64,000 bases of DNA from Bacteroidota bacterium (lineage in GTDB: Bacteria; Bacteroidota; Bacteroidia; UBA7662; JAIXUI01). The stretch is from positions 1,426 through 65,425 of the forward strand of contig JAIXUI010000040.1 of the NCBI GenBank assembly GCA_027484125.1, in the 5' to 3' direction. A model generated the notes under the pieces. The model was not told the origin of the DNA. It saw only the letters and a program-made list of their open reading frames with translations, and did not search any database. The translations under genes were made by a program, and so were the position numbers. Position 1 is the stretch's first letter. Each line of letters begins with the position of its first letter. Shown in pieces: positions 61,001 through 64,000 of this stretch.

Positions 61001-62406
61001 GAACAGGAAAATTCGAAATCACGGATGAAGTAAAAAGAATCCTTCCCAACATGCCATTGGAGGAGCTTTCCATGGAGCAAGCCATCCGCTGGTTGGCCCC
61101 TGAAAGCCAACTTATTTTCAATAAGCAACTTCAAGCGCTTTTTAATGGTTTAATTATCTTAGAGGAAGACCTTTTATTAATTGAAAAAAATAATCAAGAA
61201 ACGTGGCTTCACATAGTGGCCAAACCGTTTGTGGTTAATGGTCACGTTCGAAAGATTATTGGAACAGTTCAAGATATAACGGATAAGAAAATCTCTGAAC
61301 TAGAACTTAAAAAACTATCATTAGTAGCCAGTAAAACACACAATGCGGTTATCATCACCAATAACAAACAGGAAATAGAATGGGTAAACGAAAGTTTTGA
61401 AAAAATGACCGGGTTTACTTTTGAAGAGGTAATGGGTAAAAACCCTAAATTGCTACAAGGAAAAGACACTGACCCTGAGGCTATAAAAAGAATTTCAGAG
61501 AAGCTCTCTAAAAAAGAACCCCTTACGGAAACTATCCTGAATTACCATAAAAACGGGACCCCTTATTGGATTGAACTTACTATAACTCCCGTTCTCGATG
61601 AACAAGGAAAAGTGGAAAAATTCATCTCTATAGAGTCGGATGTTACCCATGAAAAAAACATCGAACAACAACAAAAGCATTTGCTGCGCGAATTAACCAG
61701 GCAAAATCAGGAACTTCTTCGATTTTCCTACATAACCTCTCATAATCTACGTGCTCCCCTTGCCAATATCTTAGGTCTATTAAACCTTTTCGATAGAAGT
61801 CATTTGCCAACCCAGGAAGACAAGTTTGTGCTTGATAATTTATTCGAATCGGCTAACACCCTCAACAGCACCTTACAAGATTTAGTAGAATCGCTGCACC
61901 ACAAAACTGAAGGCGAAAAAGCTAAGACGATTTTATCTATGCAAGAAGCATGGGAACATGTAAAGCGTTTGTTCACCAATCAGCTCGTCGAATCAAACGC
62001 TATCATTGACGTCCATTTCGAGCATTGCCCTTACTTGCTTTGGAATAAAAACTACCTCTACAGCGTCCTTCAAAACCTGTTATCTAACTCCATCAAATAC
62101 CGAAAACTTACAGAATCTTTACGTATTACCATCTCGATGGAAATTCATAACCAGGAGCCGGTGCTTAACTTTTCAGACAATGGACAAGGTTTCGATGCGG
62201 AACGTTACCAAGACCGGCTTTTCGGACTTTACCAACGTTTCAATTCAGAAGTAGAAGGTAAAGGTCTCGGATTATTCATCGTCAATAGCCAACTAAAAAG
62301 CATGGGTGGCCATATTGAAGTATGGAGTAAGCCGGGAGAAGGCGCCAAGTTCACCCTTTATTTAGGCAAAAACGCCCTGCCGCCAAACAATTCAAACCAC
62401 CAGTAA
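58057..62406 (+). CDS. CheB-methylesterase / CheR-like methyltransferase / multi-PAS / coiled-coil / histidine-kinase fusion protein
   Basis: 1449 aa. CheB_methylest (VIGIGASAGGLDP...ILVIHQ...GGQVYLCP). CheR-like region (RAWVPFAGSGEFAYSISLC). At least four PAS/PAC modules. A coiled coil (ELESSNEELKVAYQELK). H-box FSYITSHNLRAPLANILGL and an HATPase_c with N and G boxes. Confidence 0.9.
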   Translation: MKKINIANHSTSRVIGIGASAGGLDPIRLFMSQLDVEEDHSKAFILVIHQNNQFESHLLEILASETALPIKWAEDGDQVRGGQVYLCPAQHDLWIQDGQFRFTPGKKSMPGPSIDRLFTTMGVCFGGSACGVILSGTGHDGAKGAQAIAQAGGSVYTQLLSEAQFPQMAEACLRSCPTAQVVSIKNMMAEIRNCDASLSSPPQTYSAADQVKHVVIHHLQEAWNLDTNWFLPEWQYAFWDNLNKKWGNMPIPIQELPSELKSYAKSYFLASNDTFFYGLKEIARIKEWLIPYFKPQLQNTPFRAWVPFAGSGEFAYSISLCIQQLYDEGYPSKLVQIFATGIEDVEIEQARKGLFKKSDIAQDLPSEYWKYFQDSRSSDSLEVIQEIKSRIIFSSHSPFSDPPFLHLDLVAAGSFFTRLTQECKHKLRDLFAFSLKKNGLLLTCDPHWIDFSFGPFLPYKDLPGFFILDSTIGLKPIRFQTPKQNKATWFSQYVHQMVAKKQEPQHIHTSEIQEKQFIITNLNFEIIHLSDGLQPILNLPNGPINQNLFHFLDIQLETEVKARITALKNHHLRARSTFRRLKFFDQRYYFIKVRTAFYHSGEGELTGYLIAFDLIPEEEIMELPGISDNLGAIEQHSQKSELESLKYRLENSLEELKLSGKIQQDLNTELQLANQQLQQTVEQLASSKEELESSNEELKVAYQELKIIYSELESKDQKLESAHSRLQNLITNSFQPYLQLNMRYEVELFNSMAAEVFRDCANIQLEIGKSLLHELSTQNLESFLRFFHSAAKGVVERGEFKLTDNKNRKRHFYFTASPLVNESEEVEHILYNFLDFSDLNEIKEELEDRNQLIESVFKVVDVGLVVIDHQGIILTCNEAVTKIIELDLIEIIGKKSSDLLHLQPLHNTYFKHNESTQNLYELSLGNGVYKLVQATNRTISLHEGLSMQVISILDISDKIRYLNLLEDTQAAAHVGGWEYDLRTGKFEITDEVKRILPNMPLEELSMEQAIRWLAPESQLIFNKQLQALFNGLIILEEDLLLIEKNNQETWLHIVAKPFVVNGHVRKIIGTVQDITDKKISELELKKLSLVASKTHNAVIITNNKQEIEWVNESFEKMTGFTFEEVMGKNPKLLQGKDTDPEAIKRISEKLSKKEPLTETILNYHKNGTPYWIELTITPVLDEQGKVEKFISIESDVTHEKNIEQQQKHLLRELTRQNQELLRFSYITSHNLRAPLANILGLLNLFDRSHLPTQEDKFVLDNLFESANTLNSTLQDLVESLHHKTEGEKAKTILSMQEAWEHVKRLFTNQLVESNAIIDVHFEHCPYLLWNKNYLYSVLQNLLSNSIKYRKLTESLRITISMEIHNQEPVLNFSDNGQGFDAERYQDRLFGLYQRFNSEVEGKGLGLFIVNSQLKSMGGHIEVWSKPGEGAKFTLYLGKNALPPNNSNHQ

Positions 62407-62598
62407 CCAATAGGCGAACCGATATTTCTTTAACAGAAAATCCACTTAACCAAGCGACTGAATAACGCGCAAGTCACTTTCTTGAGTGTCTAAATTGGCC
62501 TACTGAGCTTTCATCGCGAAGTACTGGCCCACTAACACTTCCTTCACATAAATCATAAAGAGGGAAGCAGGTCCGTTAACGATGCTTATTTTTAACCC

Positions 62599-64000
62599 AT
62601 GTTGAAAAAAGCGTTGTCCCTGTTGGTGCTCAGCATGGCCTGTTTGATGGCTCAAGCAGAAATCCGTTATACCCTTTCGATGCCGCAGCCTCATACCCAT
62701 TATTATGAGGTGGAAATGCAGTTTGACTCCAAAACAAAAACCACCGAAATCCAAATGCCGGTTTGGGCGCCGGGTTCATACCTGGTCCGTGAGTTTGCTC
62801 GTTTTGTAGAAGAAGTTCAAGTAACGGTGAATGGCCAAGAGGTAGCCGTAAGAAAAACCGATAAAAGCACTTGGCAATTCAGCGGAACCGGCCAAGTTAA
62901 GGCTAACTACCGCGTGTATGCTTTTGAGTTAAGTGTGCGAAGCTCCTTTTTGGATAGTCGCCATGCTTACATCAACGGCACTTCCGTTTTTATGCTGGTA
63001 AAAGGCCGTGTGAAAGAAAACATCAGCCTGAGTATTCGCAAACCAGACTCCTTCAAAACCATCAGCACCTCTTTGGAAAAAACCAACGACGGACGCTATA
63101 CCGCGCCTGATTACGATGTTTTTGCAGATAGTCCCATCGAAATCGGCAATCATCAGACTTTTAAATTCCAGGCCGCCGGGGTTGAGCATGAGTTTGCGAT
63201 GTACGGAGAAGCCTACTGGGACGAAGCCAAACTGAAGCGAGATGTTACCAAAATCGTAGAAGAAGCAACTAAAGTCTTCGGCTCACACCCTTGCAAATAC
63301 TACCTCTTTATTGTCCATCATATTCCTAATGGCGGCGGCGGACTAGAACACCTGAATTCTACCACCCTGCAAACGAATCCGGAAGCCTACCTGTCCGAAT
63401 CTGGCTATAGGGGATTTTTAGGGCTGGTAGCGCACGAATATTTCCACTTATGGAACGTAAAACGCCTGCGCCCTATCGCTTTAGGCCCCTTCGATTACGG
63501 TCAAGAAAACTACACCCACGGTCTTTGGATTTCAGAAGGATTTACCAGCTATTACGACAATTTGCTGCTTCGCCGTGCCGGGCTGATGACCGAGAGCCAA
63601 ATGCTAGCTTCTGTCGTGAGCGATGCCACCTACCTTATCAACCTCCCCGGCGACCGCATTCAGTCTGCCGCAGAATCCAGCTTCGATGCGTGGATTAAGT
63701 ACTACAGAACGACTGAGAATAGCCAGAACAACAGCGTTTCTTATTACACCAAAGGTGGTTATCTCGCCTTCTGGCTCGACACAGAAATACTCCGACTAAC
63801 ACAAGGAAAGAAAAGACTTGACGATGTATTGAAAAACCTTTACGAACGCTATGCCATACAGCTCAAGCGTGGATTTACCGACAAAGAATTCGAAGATGAA
63901 GTGGTGAAAGTGGGTGGTGAAAGCTTGAGAAGCTTCTTCAAAGACCATGTATTTGGAACTAAACCCATCGACCATGTTGGGCACTTTCAGAAATTGGGCG
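62599..64000 (+). CDS. M61-family glycyl aminopeptidase, secreted; the gene runs off the right edge
   Basis: Hand translation: MLKKALSLLVLSMACLMAQA (signal peptide), then the zinc motif LVAHEYFHLWNVKR (HExxH). The frame stays open to position 64000. It is missing from the ORF track because there is no stop codon in the window. Confidence 0.8.
   Translation, partial: MLKKALSLLVLSMACLMAQAEIRYTLSMPQPHTHYYEVEMQFDSKTKTTEIQMPVWAPGSYLVREFARFVEEVQVTVNGQEVAVRKTDKSTWQFSGTGQVKANYRVYAFELSVRSSFLDSRHAYINGTSVFMLVKGRVKENISLSIRKPDSFKTISTSLEKTNDGRYTAPDYDVFADSPIEIGNHQTFKFQAAGVEHEFAMYGEAYWDEAKLKRDVTKIVEEATKVFGSHPCKYYLFIVHHIPNGGGGLEHLNSTTLQTNPEAYLSESGYRGFLGLVAHEYFHLWNVKRLRPIALGPFDYGQENYTHGLWISEGFTSYYDNLLLRRAGLMTESQMLASVVSDATYLINLPGDRIQSAAESSFDAWIKYYRTTENSQNNSVSYYTKGGYLAFWLDTEILRLTQGKKRLDDVLKNLYERYAIQLKRGFTDKEFEDEVVKVGGESLRSFFKDHVFGTKPIDHVGHFQKLG

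Overview
This 64 kb window looks like a chromosomal segment from a member of the Bacteroidota, possibly a Cytophagia- or Saprospiria-like lineage. I base this on four sequence signals: type-9-secretion (T9SS) C-terminal sorting domains, a type III glutamine synthetase, SPOR and PSCyt1-like lipoproteins, and several TAnnTTTG -7 promoter boxes just upstream of start codons. I call about 54 protein-coding genes and one tRNA-Met(CAT). I see no rRNA, no CRISPR array, no transposase or integrase, and no prophage. Most genes are core housekeeping: an M20 amidohydrolase, deoC, secA, lipA, nrdB, mnmG, queG, GSIII glnA, hemE, rlmI, prs-rplY-pth and gpsA. Between them sit loci that look accessory or poorly characterised, listed here in my order of interest. 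(1) An ECF sigma / zinc-finger anti-sigma pair lies directly upstream of two low-GC T9SS cargo paralogs built from an apparently unnamed ~120-aa repeat. (2) A minus-strand envelope cluster (25043-29397) holds two lipoproteins with PSCyt1-like c-type cytochrome domains carrying unusual CX4CH motifs, plus YceI, an outer-membrane beta-barrel, a signal-peptide amidohydrolase-like protein with a degenerate metal site, a CGNC thioredoxin and a small acidic ORF. (3) A 1449-aa CheB-CheR-multi-PAS-histidine-kinase fusion. (4) A three-member paralog family of signal-peptide-TPR-TM-coiled-coil sensors with swapped outputs: LuxR HTH, full histidine kinase, and a DHp-only protein lacking the ATPase domain. 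(5) A translationally coupled secreted transglutaminase-like protein, Dda/RecD-like SF1B helicase and GGCT-like gene downstream of queG. (6) An MFP+TolC efflux pair with no pump gene. All calls rest on hand inspection of the ORF track and sequence. I ran no database searches.
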